A stretch of 64,000 nt of DNA from NCBI GenBank assembly GCA_964188305.1, contig OZ076885.1; one strand, written 5' to 3'. Each line of letters starts with the position of its first letter. The first letter of the stretch is position 1. Below are positions 46,806-59,639 of this stretch, piece after piece. The stretch is from Podarcis bocagei (Eukaryota). Made by a program: the position numbers and the translations under genes. The notes under the pieces are model-generated. The model saw nothing but the letters and a program-made list of their open reading frames with translations. It searched no databases and had not been told where the DNA came from.

Positions 46806-49510
46806 CTGTGAAGGCTGAAGATCTTGTGTGGGCTCCACATGGTGGGCCCGCCTCAGCTGGTGGGACATTGGGTTACCCTGCCCTACAAAGTATGGGTTGG
46901 CTCAAGTCTCCATGTCCTGGGCGTCAGTGCCAGCGTGAGGAAGGTGTGAAGACAGCAGTGCCTTCATTGTGGCCGGAACTCTATCCAGACATGCCTCATG
47001 CCGGTGGCACGCTAGCTGGGCATGGGCTGGATGTGTGTGTGATTACATATATTTGTCCGTGTCTGCATCCGTGTCGTCCATGTTGGAGAACCATCCGAGA
47101 CTTGCACAGTACACCACGGAGCACACTACAGTGCAGGAGACTGGCATCCATGCTTGCCCTGCCTGAAATGTCCTGTTGTAGCAGGAGGAGGACCTGCTGT
47201 GTGGACCCCCGTTCAGAGGCAGGAAGAGCTGTAACACTGTCCAGACTACAGCGTGGAATTAAAGATGCAATCAGGCGATAGATTTGGACTCAGGAAAAGA
47301 AGGGCTGCAAGAGATTATTTTTGTAATGGGAATGGGGCACAGGCTTCCTCCAGTGGCAGAGCCTAACTTGGATAGAAGCTTTTCACACACAAGAAGGGTG
47401 CGTATCTTCCTCCCTGCTTTACCATTCACTCACAACCTTTGAAGCCAAGCCAAAAGAGGCACTCTTGCAGTGCCATCACCACTCATGCCGCAGGATTTTG
47501 TCTTCCTGTGGGCACAAATGATTCTACTGTTTGGGGCCACGTTTATTTCGCATCCCTCTTGCAGTATCAAAGCACAGGCTTCGCAGGCTATTGCTTCACA
47601 GCCCGTACCAGGTTTTGCTTGAGGCAATATCTGAAATGACCAAAGTCTCCTTCAAACTTACCAAATGGCACCCAGCTCCAGACCGATGGCTCCATTCTGA
47701 GGTAGCCCCTTGCTCTCACCTTGTTCATCCTGCTAGGATTTAGACTCAAGTATGAGGCTCTGCCCCGGGTGCTGTACTTGTGGGTATGAGGGATGGGTGG
47801 AGGAAGGCGATACTTGTCTGTCCCCACCCCCATCGCTCTATTTAAATATTTCCCAGATTCCCCATACACTTCCTGTGGGCACAAATGTTTGGGTTCTTCT
47901 CCAAGCTAGTGCTGCCCTCCTTGTGATGTCTCTTTTCTATGGATGCCTTAATGGCAAACACCCAGATCTTGTGGAAGTGCCAGCAAGAGAAGAGTTCCTA
48001 TATGCCAAATATATTACCTGTCACAATCTTAAGAACTGGGGTGGGCTTCAGATTCTTGTTGAAAGGGCTGAACCTCTCGCCTGGCTAGACAAGGCGTTCT
48101 CTTGAACAGTCTACAGAAGTTCTGCTGGTTCTACTGGTTCCCCCACTTTATTACTAAAGAACACCATGCCATCGGCTCCACTGTCGTCCTCTAATTCTTA
48201 TGGGCTATGTGGTCTTAGCACAACAGCAAAATACTTTTATGGTTTGCATAGCAAACATCACAAATAATACTTTCCAGACTGCCCAGTGAAAACATTGCAT
48301 CCCAAGAGGGTGTGGTACAATCCAGCCAATTATTGCTTAGGGTAATGCTAGCGCTGTCATCAGAGCTACAGGTCCCAGTATGGCTTGGTTAACCCTGTGG
48401 TTTTGACTCCTTTGTCTTCTCTGTGGGGCCATTTTTTATTATTTTTTTTTTACAGTGGCTGCTGCAACCTCCAGTAGCTGTTTGTCAAAGCTCCTGTTGT
48501 ACATAGGAAAAGCAGCTTGCCATTACTGTCACAGATAAAATATGCACCCTTCCTCTCTGTGGGCTCAGGCCGGGTTGCATGGAGATCCCTATATGGCCTT
48601 AGAACTGACATTGTAGGTCTTGGGAGCCAGGATTCTTGGGGTTTCTTTTCTTCTTTGCCCTCTTTCAGAATTGAAGAGATTATTTGCACTCAGCAATGAA
48701 TTGATTACAGCTGGTAGTTCACCTGCTCTAGAAAGGAGATTATGCCCAAAAAGTAGACTGTACTTCCCCACTCCCTAACCTAGTTTAACAAAAGAGTGGT
48801 CATTGGTGTTGTGGGGTACATGCTAAAAGGGAAGTTGGTGAGCAGCAGTTTCAAGCTGTCAGTAGTTTAGATGTATGGCTGGTGCTGGGATTTCCCCCCG
48901 TTCTTCAGATTACTGGTGCATTTTAAGAAATTCAAAACAACTGATGGTAAAATATTAATTTGCTGTCTTTCCTGCAAAATACACATCCCCTGGAGTGTAG
49001 AAAGAATAGCTTTATAGACTGCAACTTTGATCAGTGCTGGTTATGTACTGTTGGGATGGGGAACCTGTACTTTGTGAAACTTTACTATATTACAACTCTT
49101 ATCATCCCTGACCATGGAGCATGGTGGCTGGAGCTGATGGGATTTGGAGTCCAACAGCATCTGGAAAACTACAGAGTCACAGTCCCTGCACTACAGCGAT
49201 CAGCTGCAGAGCAGCCCCATTGGCAGAGATGAGCCTGCTGCATCCTAGTGGAAATGTTACTGTTACCCCTGGTCTAGCAGTGAATAAAAGGAGCGTTCTC
49301 AGCTAAAACATGGGGTGGGAGGGAATTCTAGCTGTCATGTATTATGCTTGTCTTGATTTTGCCCCCATCTTTTTGTGCATGGTACAGCCACCTGTGGCCT
49401 CCTGCTTCGTTTGTGACACTAGAGGCTGGCCTGTGAGTTATGTGGAGCACTGCAAGTGGTTTGTAAAACAGAGCTTATGTCTGACATCCTGTACATTACT
49501 GTATCTACTG

Positions 49511-49516
49511 AATAAA
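49511..49516 (+). terminator. Candidate ATG9A poly(A) signal AATAAA (3' UTR about 2.7 kb)
   Basis: AATAAA followed by GT/T-rich sequence; another AATAAA at 49283. Confidence 0.6.
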
Positions 49517-51159
49517 GAGGGGTGTTCCATTCTTTGATCGCTGTGGCCGTGCCTGTGGAATTGTCTTTCATTGTGTCTGGTAGGATAACAGCCTGCTACC
49601 TACAAGATGAATCCAGGTGGATCACAGGATAGTTGGCCATCATCACAATGCTTGTGGCACTAATGGGGTAGTTACTATCTACTGGATTTTTGTACATGCA
49701 CTGCTACAGTGCTATTTTTCAAAAGAAATAATGCAACTCATCATGAACACTCGGGTTCTCTTAGAATGGCAATGGCGCCCACCTGAGAGGTGCCAGAACT
49801 GCGTTCCAACCAGTTGCCTCAGAAAAAAAAAGCCACAGACTGCTATAATATCTAAAGAGGCACATCTTTTCTGGCCCCAATGAATGCTGAGAAATGAGTG
49901 TGTCACGTCTAGGAGCAAAAATATATTTAGCATTTACCATGTGCTTAGGAGCTGTTGTTATTTTTTTTATAGGGAACATAGCACCAGTTTGGGTACATTT
50001 AAAGGGGCGTGCTAAATGCATTCTGGTACTTTTGGTTTTATAATTCTATAGCCAAATACTGCTAAGAACTCATATGTAGCAATACTGATTTTGTGTGTGA
50101 ATGCAATTTTAAAATGTATTTCCAATTTGTAAAAAAAAGTCAGGACGTGAGGGGACAGGGAGGATCAGAGGGCATCTATGCTAAATGTTTAAGAATTGTG
50201 GCCATGACCTGTGGTGATGCTCTTGACCTAGACAACTTCCCTTATCCCCATCTCCATCCTTAATCTGAAGGATTAGACTGTCTTTTCTGAGGCAAACCAC
50301 AAGAAGGCCTGCCAATATAAGGAAAGAGCTGTGCGTGGGAGTACATATACTTTGTGTCATTATTAAGATTTAAAGTTCTGACTTCTGGCTCTGGGATGCC
50401 CCTTCTTGTTGATAATCTTAAGGAAACTGTCTTTATTTATAGTTTTAACATTTGTTGTAAATTGCTGAGAGTTTTCACTCCAAGCAGTATATATACTTTG
50501 TTAAATAAAAAGCCCATAATATCTGCATACAATGGAACTGTAAGACAAGCTGATTTTAATACATAACTAGCAAATTAAAACAAAACAAACTAGTCATTTT
50601 TACTGCTTAAAAATAGTCCTAGGAAATCCTTGTACGTATCAGGGTTGCATCAGGATCTAAAAAGAGGTATAACCCAATACTATGAATATCTATTCAAATT
50701 TAAATAATAATAATAATAAACTAATTATTTCAGTGAAAGTTACTGACAAAATTGGGTTTGCTTATTTATTTATTACAACATTTATATCCTACTGTATACT
50801 GGTGCCAGGGCACCACTCTGCAGCTGACAGCTTAAAATTACTGGTTTCATAAAAGTCGGGTAGTTAACTTGTCCAAGATGAAATTCATAATGATGGACAC
50901 ATACTGGGTAGTGACAGCGGCAAAAGGCACTCCTAAGGCTCTCACGTGCACTCTGTTCCTTTCACATCTTAGATATTTCAGAGCAGAGACTTTATGAGCC
51001 TTGGCTCAATTAAGCTTTGAATGGAATGAGACAGTTAGAGTCACAGCGGTGCCCCTATCCTTCTCTAAACAGCTCTGCATGATAGCCTCACAACAACCTT
51101 GTGAGGCAGAGAAAAAGTGATAGGCTCAAGTTCGCACACTTTCCCCCAGGGCTTTTTTT

Positions 51160-52090
51160 TTTTTTTGCTGCCGCCGCAGCACCTTTCACAGCAGCGTTAA
51201 CAAACTGAACCCGGATTCAAAGCCACACTTGGACGCACGCTCGTTTGCGATGTGTACACACATGCTTAGGATTGTGCTGACTCATTCCAGTTCGGTATCC
51301 TTGTTTTAGACTGCGAACGTACAAATGCGGAGGAGCGGGATCGGGGTGAAGCGCTGGCCCATGATAAATTTGAGGGCAGCACCTGCCCTCGATCGTCCCA
51401 CCTTCGCAACCTGCGTCGTGCGCTCTTGCTCGGCGGGAAATAAATAAGAGCAACGGCCCGGAGCTTGAACGCCTGTGTTGGAACACGCGGGCGCTAGGAC
51501 CCAGGCGGAATCGGCCTAACAAGTGTTGACAAAGGCGGCGCTAGGACCCCGGGGGCGCCGATCGGGCCTGCCGCGGCTCCCGAAGCTCGGCTGCGGACGC
51601 GCCGCTGCACATTGGCCGAGCCAACCGGGCGGTGGGGAGAGTGGGTGGGCTGGACTGACGAGACCCGAGCAGGCAAGTAGACGTTGGTGGGAGAAGGGGG
51701 CAGGCGGGGGGGATTGAGGGGAAGCGGGCGGCGGCGGCGGCCCCTTTGCTGCGTCCTCGCCGGCTGGCAGCACAGAGAGGCGGCAGGGGGCGGGGGATAA
51801 CACAGCCCCATGGCTTGATCTCCACCGCCGCCTCCTCTTCCTCCTATGCCGGAGCCCATTGCCCAGCAGCCAGGCCTGTTGCCCAAAGTGTGTGGGGTAA
51901 CAGGCGTAGGCGGCGAGGGTGGGTGCTCAGCACCGTCGTCTCCTCGCTGTGCTCCCCGGGGTGCCCTTGAATCAGGAAGCTGGCGGCTTCTGCCTGGGAA
52001 AGTTCACCGCTTGGAAAGTGGGAACACACAGCAGCTGGACCCGGGGAGGGCAGGAATCCAAAGCGCCACTCGAGGGCGCGGAGTGTAGTC
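51160..52090 (+). promoter_or_regulatory. ABCB6 CpG-island promoter with probable non-coding first exon
   Basis: CpG-rich; ATTGG 51611; GC boxes; ARE TGCTGACTCAT 51275-51285. The ABCB6 ATG exon is preceded by a splice acceptor (54508-9), so an upstream exon is implied. Confidence 0.75.
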
Positions 52091-53419
52091 ATAACAACAC
52101 GGTGATGATGTGCTATTTTGATATCGTGCATCAGAAAGAACGGATTAAAACCCACGGAGAGGTGTGGAGGAAGGCATCAGAAATATCCGTTGAGGATATT
52201 CATGGAGGAAAAGGCTATATCAGTGGCCCTTAAAAAAAGAAGACAAGTTTCTAGCATTTGGGAAAGTAGCTCAGGATTTATTTGTGTATTAAAAGCTGTG
52301 GGGCAGAGGGAAGATAGCTGAGCAAAAACTTCAGTGCATTGCATCCATTCTAGTAGCACCAGCACTGTAAATTACGGTATGCCAGCCAGCAAACGGATGC
52401 AAATATGTTTAATTTGTTTATTTTATCGAAGTCTCAGCTACCAAAGTCATATGGATTGGGTTCAGAGGAGGTTAAACATTAATGGAACTCAAACCGAGGA
52501 GAAAGCAGTTAGGTGCAAAAGGTTATGGAGAGTGGCAACAAGGAGTCACACAGTGCATGTGTTCTCAGAAGTAAGCCCCACTGGGCTCAATGGGGTTAAT
52601 TCCCTGGTTAATGTGCATACTTGCTACCATAGTTGACCTGTGAAACTCAATGATCTGGGATCACGCTATTGTACGCACACAGCAGGCTTAGAGGTTTTGT
52701 TCTGTTTTTAAAGGATCAATTTCATCAGAAGAGTCTATCAACATCTACGGAACTGCCATCCTAGAATAGACTTGTGAAGGGCCAAATGTCTTTGTGGCAA
52801 CCCACAGCACTAGTGCCACATGTGACCCTGCCCCCAGTTTCATGTGGGTGACAAGGGGAAGGGGGCGTTGGGATTGCAGGAGAGAGAATGAGGATGAACC
52901 CACCTACTGCCTGAAATAGATCCCTCTTTCCCCAAAGCAGCCCTTGACATATGTCCTTGACATATGTAAATCCTTCCCATAAAGGAAGGCTATCTACTTG
53001 CCAGCCGATGGCAGATTATCCCAAATATTCCAGAGCACTGTGCCATAAGCACAGAACATCTGCACCACAGAAAGTGTCTGCACAAAAATTGCTGCAGAAG
53101 ACTTAGGAAAGCAAGCCATGTTAGAAGGAAAAGAGGAGTGGGGGGCAACCTTCCCCATGGCTACTGGAAAATCTAAAATTGTGAAAAAAATCCTACCTGA
53201 CCTAAACATGAGTAAACAGATAGGCCCTAAATATGAGCAAAATCTATCCACTATTCTGAAAAGAAAAATGTTACCAAGATACAGCTCCTCCCCACGCAGC
53301 TATCACTCTGATTTTAAGTGTGGCAGTTCTTGATGCCTTGTGCTAAGCAATTCCTTAAATTAGGAGGTGGGGTGAACAACAAGGTGAGATCTCTGCCCCA
53401 GATACTGTGTGGTTTCTAA

Positions 53420-53990
53420 TAATAATAATAAATTTTTATTTATACCCCGCCCTTCCCGGTTCAAAAACCGGACTCAGGATGGCTAACAACAAATTTAAAA
53501 GCACTTTAAAACACTTAATTATAAAAGCAGCATAAAATACAGTATAAAAAACATGAATAACAATAAAATTCAAAAATAAAAAATCAATTAGATAATCCCC
53601 AGGGCTAGCTGGCTGAATTGGTCCTACTTGGGCCAGTGAGGAGGCCAGGGTTGAATTAGCTGTGGGGTCTCAGAGCGGGTGATCTTCATTAAAGGGGAGG
53701 GGGAGGGAAGAAAAGGGAAATAAAAGATCAGGCTGAATTCAAATTAAAAGCCAGGTGGAATAGGTCTGTCTTACAGGCCCGACGGAAGGAGGTCAAATCC
53801 TGAAGGGCCCTAGTCTCATGGGACAGAGCATTCCACCAGGTCGGAGCCATCACTGAAAAGGCCCTGGCCCTGGTGGAGGATAGTCTGACTTCGTTAGGGC
53901 CCGGGACCTCTAAACTATGGTTATTCATGGACTTTAAGGTCCTCTGCGGGGCATACCAGGAGAGGTGGTCCCGTAGATACAAGGGCCCTA
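53420..53990 (-). mobile_element. L2 LINE 3' end (ORF2 C-terminus, 3' UTR and short-repeat tail)
   Basis: Peptide YLRDHLSWYAPQRTLKS...RAFSVMAPTWWNAL...FRRACKTDLFHLAF; tail at 53420. Confidence 0.8.
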
Positions 53991-54248
53991 AGCCACAAAG
54001 GGCTTTTGCATTTCCCTATGAAGTGTCTCACCCTGCCTCTTTTGATGGGGTGGCATATTGAGCAAGAAGGATTAAAAAAATTGTCCAAGATGGGTGACTG
54101 CTTTCATGCCTGCATAGTGTGTGTGTGTGTGTAGCATCATGTGGCATGTTTACTTCTGCACTTGAATTTAAGCCTGTGAGAACATCATATGCCTGTGGGT
54201 TTGCATATATTATATATAACATATTTGCAGACAGCGTTGAAATATAAA

Positions 54249-54456
54249 GCCAGTGTGGCAAAGCAGTGTGTTGGACTGAGACCTGTGAGACCATGGTTTG
54301 AATCCCCACTTAGCCATGAAGCTCACTGGGGGACCTTAGACCAGTCACTCATTCTTAGCCTAACCTATCTCACAGGCTTGTTGTGGAGGAGGAGGAGAAT
54401 TATGTATTCCACCCTGAACTCCTTGAAGGAAAGGTGGGATATAAATAAATAAATAG
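54249..54456 (+). mobile_element. tRNA-derived SINE with (AAAT)n tail
   Basis: B-box-like GGTTTGAATCC, CORE/L2-like body, ATAAATAAATAAATA tail. Confidence 0.65.
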
Positions 54457-54525
54457 TAGCCCAAGCATATGTTCTAATTTCCTTGTTTCTTTCATCTGTG
54501 TTTCTGCAGCTCCCCAGCTGACAGG

Positions 54526-55539
54526 ATGGTGGTGCTACAGAGCTACTGTGAGGGGAACGATTCCCTGGTACGTGCATGGGCTCAGCAGGGGCTATACCCC
54601 TGTTTCTACTTCACGCTGGTGCCCTCCGTGCAGCTCAGCGTCTGCATCCTCTTGGGGGCCCTGCAGTACGCTTGCTATGCCCGGTTCAGCCGCACCATGG
54701 AGCCAAAGTATATCCCACGTTCCCGCCTGTACCACATCCAAGTCCTCCTCTCTCTGCTCCTTGCACTGCTGCCCTTTGTCACCTTTCTGTGGCAGGTGTT
54801 GGGCATGCAACAGCTTTATGGGTACATGGTGCTGTACGCCTGCCTCTCTGCCGCGAGCTGGATCAGCTCGGTTGGGCTGCTCCACCTGGAACGCACCCGA
54901 GTTCTGGCGCAGGACCGGATCAGAGGCCATGGTGCCATCCTCCTCCTTTTTTGGGCTCTGGCTTTTGCAGCCGAGAACCTGGCCTTCATCTCCTGGAACA
55001 GCCCACTCTGGTGGTGGGGCTTGGAAAACGCCAACCAGAAGGTAGGTCAACGAGGGTTTGGCAACAGGTAGGAGCATATATATACAGTGGTACCTCGAGT
55101 TACAAACGCCTCAGGTTACAAACTCCGCTAACCTGGAAGAATTACCTTGAGGTGAGAACTTTGCCCTAGGATGAGAACGGAAATTGTGTGCTGGCAGTGC
55201 AGCGGCAGCAAGAGGCCCCATTAGCGAAAGCACAGTTTCAGGTTAAGAACAGTTTCTGGTTAAGAATAGACGTCCGGAACAAATTAAGTTCGTAACTAGA
55301 GGTATCACTGTATCCTGGATTTTTTTGGCAGGGTGGTAGAATATTTGGAGATGGGAGAAGATTAGAACCAAATAAACCTGCTGATTTGAACACTTGCTAG
55401 TTGTTGCTCTTAAGTGCCAGCCACTGCTTGGCGCCTTCTTCCCAGCCCATTTTTGCTGAGTCACTGTTGTTTGAGCTACAGAAAGCTTTAGACATGAGTG
55501 GTGTGTGCTCCTCCCCCTTTCCACACAACCACACATGCG

Positions 55540-55574
<35 letters not shown>

Positions 55575-58500
55575 GAGATTGCTGAATAATTTGCAGGGGA
55601 CTTTGCCCAATGACTCAGCACAAAGTCCTACCAAAAAGGCTTTCCAGCCACAAGTTGAGATTTCACATTTCTTTACATCGTTAACTAACATCCTTGCCCT
55701 CTGGCAATACCCTTTAGCAAGAGACTGGAAAGTAGAGAACTTATTCCATGGCACAGATTCCATGTAACGATTAGGGCCTGACCACTATTCCCCCACCCCA
55801 ACTGTACAGCTGAATTGCCCACTGTCTACACACCTCCTTATGGGACTCCTCATATTCCAGGGTTTTCAAAATGTGGCTGAGGTTCATGCGAGTTGTAGTC
55901 CAAGCACATCTGGAGAGAGCACCTGGCTGGGGAAGGCTGGCAACAGCTCTCCCCCCAGCCCTACCTGGAGATTCCCAGATGGGTGGGATATAAACAAGCT
56001 AGTTAAGCCTAGCTTAACTATGGTTTGTTTGAAGATGTGAATCCAGCATAGCAGACTAGCCAAGATTTGTTCTTTTTGGGTGGTTGGTTTGTTTTTGGCT
56101 AACAAACAATGTGAAGCCATTTTGCAAGTGGCAGCCTACCATTTTTCGAGTCAAGATGTCATCTCCTTGCGAAGGCCCCTCACTCTTCATCCACAGAGGA
56201 ACCAAGAACTCACATTTAGGAGCAAATATCCTCCTGCCTTGCCATTCCAGACAGCTTCAGGCTTCTCCCTTTCTACCTCAGTCACATGACCTAACTTCCC
56301 CTGCTGGCCATCTGCCCTAACTGCAGGCATCTTCAAACAGGAACAGGCTTCAGGAAGCAACAGGAAGCAAATTCAGCCAAGCCATCTTCACAATTCTCTA
56401 GGGGTCAGGACCATCTATCACCAAATGTTCCTTAAAGCTTCTGGGAGGGATTGTATCCTGGGGTTTTCTGCAAGGAATTAGATTACGTGATATAGGATAA
56501 TTATCTGTGTTCTAGATCCAATGTTTTTATGTACTTGGCAAGTCTTTGGTCAATTGGCTCAAATCATGCTTTTGGCCAGTGAAATGCCTAAAAAGATTTT
56601 AAATAATAAATCAAGTTTAAAAATACCGCCCTTGATGGGTGTTTCCCTCTCTCCACTCCAAGCCATTTGACTCTTGGTTTAGATCTTAGAAAGGAAGCAC
56701 TGCTTGGTTTGTAGCTTTCAGTGGGGAGCAAAGCGGGGCAGGTGGGTCGCTGCGAGACACACATCTGACATGAGATCAACCTCCTCCAGGTACAATTCAG
56801 CCTGTGGTTACTGCGCTACTTCTGCACCTTCGCCCTCTTTGCCCTGGGGATAAAGGCCCCAGGGCTGCCCCGAAAACCCTACATGCTGCTGATCAATGAA
56901 GATGAACGCGACGTGGAGCACAGTCAGGTAGGTTTCTCTTCTCCTAAACAGCTCAATTCTTCTTCTACGTCTGCCTGTCTCTGTCTATCCTGTTAATTCC
57001 ACCCCCGTGAACCAGTTGCAGGGTGTGCGGGGAAGGAACTAAAATAGCATTATTGGTGCCAGAAGCACTACTCTGTTAAGAAGAGCCTGCAGCTGCGGTT
57101 TCTCTCTTTAAAATAGCTGCCATTTTGAAACAGTATTACAGTTCCACACAGGGGCCACATTCACGCCATATATTTAAAGCACTGTGACTCTAAGCAGTCA
57201 TGACTCCCCCCAAAGAATTCTGGAGCTGTAGTTTGTTAAGGGTTCTGAGAGTTGTTGGGAGACCTCTATTCTCTTCCCAGAACTACAGTTTCCAGAGTGG
57301 TTTTACAGTTAATCCCTGCATACAGATCAGGAGCTTTTAACCAATGATATGACACTGAAAAAAATAAACAGGTGGATGCTGCGTTTGTGGTCCTGGAGCT
57401 GCAGTGGGGTGGGTGGGTGGGAGCAGCACCTGTTGAATTTATCCGAATTTTAAAGATGTTAAAATTACAGGAGCCTCAGTGGCTAACCTCTGGATGGAGA
57501 GAACTGGCAATGCTAGAATGCACCTTCAGAGTAGATTGCAGGCTGTAGGGAAAAGTTCACCAAAGGTTTGGAAACAAGTGTGCCTAGCTGGTTCAGTGGC
57601 ACGTAACTTCCCTGTGAGGTGGAGCACTCAAGAGTGCCCTGAGGCAAAACTGTTGACTAACCTTACCAGTGGCCCTTTTGCCATGGACTGTTGGGCTAGT
57701 GAGAGATTGAGTACTTGTGTACATTTAGGGCTGTTGTAAAGGTTACAGAGAGGCAAGTTAGATATGGATGTGTCAATATAGTAGGGTGGGATCTGATTTT
57801 TTAAAATCAAAATGAATGCCAATCATCTGATGTCCAAGTTGGCCTCTGGGGTACAGACAGATAGTGATCTGGCCTGCTGGGTGGTCCTAAAAGATTCCCC
57901 ACCGCATTATAGACAAAGATAATACCACAGGGTGAGTGAGTTAAGGAGCTGAATGTTCATTGCTCCCTTTTACACTGGTGGCTAATGAAGGAAATTTTGC
58001 AACTGTGCAAAAGAGCTTTGAGTTCTATCTAATATATATTTTAAATGTTCATCGTTGGAGAATCACTTTTGTTGGTTTTAAAAAAGGGGGGGGGGGACTG
58101 AAGGTGAATGTGAATAGGCTCCAGCAGGTGGCACTGTGGATATTTCTTGTATATGATCTCTGCACTAATCAATAAAAAATTAGAATTTGCTGCCCATGCC
58201 ATCAGTGCCATTTCTGCAACCAGAAAATCTGATCTCTGTGACCTGTATCAATTATGCAATTTAAACAGATGTTCACAATGTCTTGTATTAATTCTGCAAT
58301 ATTAAAAATTAGCTTCTGCAATGTATTTGGGTTTGGGGAGAAAATGTGATTAATTAAGGAAGGGGAACCGTTGGCCCTCTGGGTGTTCATAGACTCCAGC
58401 ACCCCTCAGCCCCAGCCAACATGGCCAGTGGTCAAGGATGATGGGAGTTGTAGTCCAGCAACGTATGGAGGACCACAGGTTCCCCACTCCTGCCATAATA

Positions 58501-59389
58501 AATTGATGGAGGAGGGCAAAACCAACAGCTGTTTGCCATGACACCAAATCTTGTGAATCTCCTGGAACATCTAGTTGACCACAGAATGTTATACTAGAAG
58601 GACCTTAATGGTCCTTGGAGTAATCTGTAATTTCACTTCTTTTGCTGGAATAGCGGCATTTACTGGTGAGTGTCATTATGTGGTTCAAGTACTGTATTCC
58701 TATACCACTATAACTGCTTGAGAATACTGGGCCAGATTGGAGGTCACTGTAGTCCTAGCGCTGGGGTGGTTCTGCTTCATACAGTAAAATCTGGACACCG
58801 TGGACCCTCTGAATATATATTTCATTTCATTTCTTAAATTTATATCCTGCTTTTTCTTGTATAGGAGTCCTATTCAAACATTTAAAAAAAGATTTTGCAA
58901 CACTGCGCCTTTCTAGTCCTATTTTTTCCTGAACATTTTCTGCACCGAACTCTCAAGTTCTGTGACTCTCATGGTTTTGCTTCCCTTTCCAGTTGTGTTT
59001 ACTTGAAATGCTCTCTGTGCCCTTTGCTGAGAAGTGACCATAGCCCCCCCCCATCTTGCTCAGTTGCCCCCTCCCAGGTGTTGGCTCTCATCGTTGCCCA
59101 GATGCCATTTGAATAGGTTGTTGTGGTCCCCTTCCCCAAATATTCCCTGCCAAAAAGCAGAGTCCCCTTCCCCTACTCACTGTCCTTTCTGTGTCTCAGC
59201 CCCTGCTTCCAGATGCCAGACAGAATCGCTCCACCTGGAGGGATCTGGGCCGGAAGATAAGTCTCCTCATACAGTACATGTGGCCCAAGGGGAGCTACCC
59301 ACTGCAGGGGCTGGTGATCGTCTGCCTGATGCTGATGGGGCTGGAGCGTGGCATCAACGTCTTCGTGCCCCTCTACTACAAGTACATTG
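54526..59389 (+). CDS. ABCB6: ATP-binding cassette subfamily B member 6 (porphyrin transporter), 5' partial: first three coding exons
   Basis: Exons 54526-55041, 56790-56927, 59200-59389 (GT-AG, in frame). TMD0 YCEG...W...GLYPCFYFTLVPS, HGAILLLFWALAFAAENLA, SPLWWW, GIKAPGL, STWRDLGRK, YMWP, LERGINVFVPLYY. No further exon was found before the window end. Confidence 0.95.
55085..55310. mobile_element. Tigger/pogo-like MITE
   Basis: TA|CAGTGGTACCTC ... GAGGTATCACTG|TA. Confidence 0.85.
55454..55620. promoter_or_regulatory. Intronic NRF2/sMAF (ARE/MARE) enhancer candidate
   Basis: TGCTGAGTCAC 55454-64 and ATGACTCAGCA 55610-20 flank an alternating purine-pyrimidine tract at 55530-55575. Confidence 0.65.
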
Positions 59390-59639
59390 GTAAGCGGAAA
59401 CGCCAGCTTCCAGAGAGGCATGGTGCTGCCGCCCCTAGCAGAGGCGGATGTGCAATGGGAGAGGGCCTGGCATTAATGCCAGGGGTTTCTCTTAGAATGG
59501 GGTTTGGGGAGAGGACAGAACCTCTGTTTGGACAAGTATTCTGAATTGACCAAGAGAGGGCGCCCTGATATAGGCATTGGCAAATGTGCAGAGGACTTAC
59601 AGGGAAGAGAAGGGGCCAAGGGCAACCTTTGGGGCTGCT

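Noticed and set aside
46803-46811. Stop-codon readthrough of ATG9A (TAG C)
   Set aside because: Followed by CTG TGA, so at most two residues are added, and it is not the UGA-CUAG motif.
45877-54526. ATG9A-ABCB6 read-through fusion protein
   Set aside because: Splicing the phase-0 donor 45877 to any of the three ABCB6 acceptors (16, 8 or 1 nt before the ATG) is out of frame.
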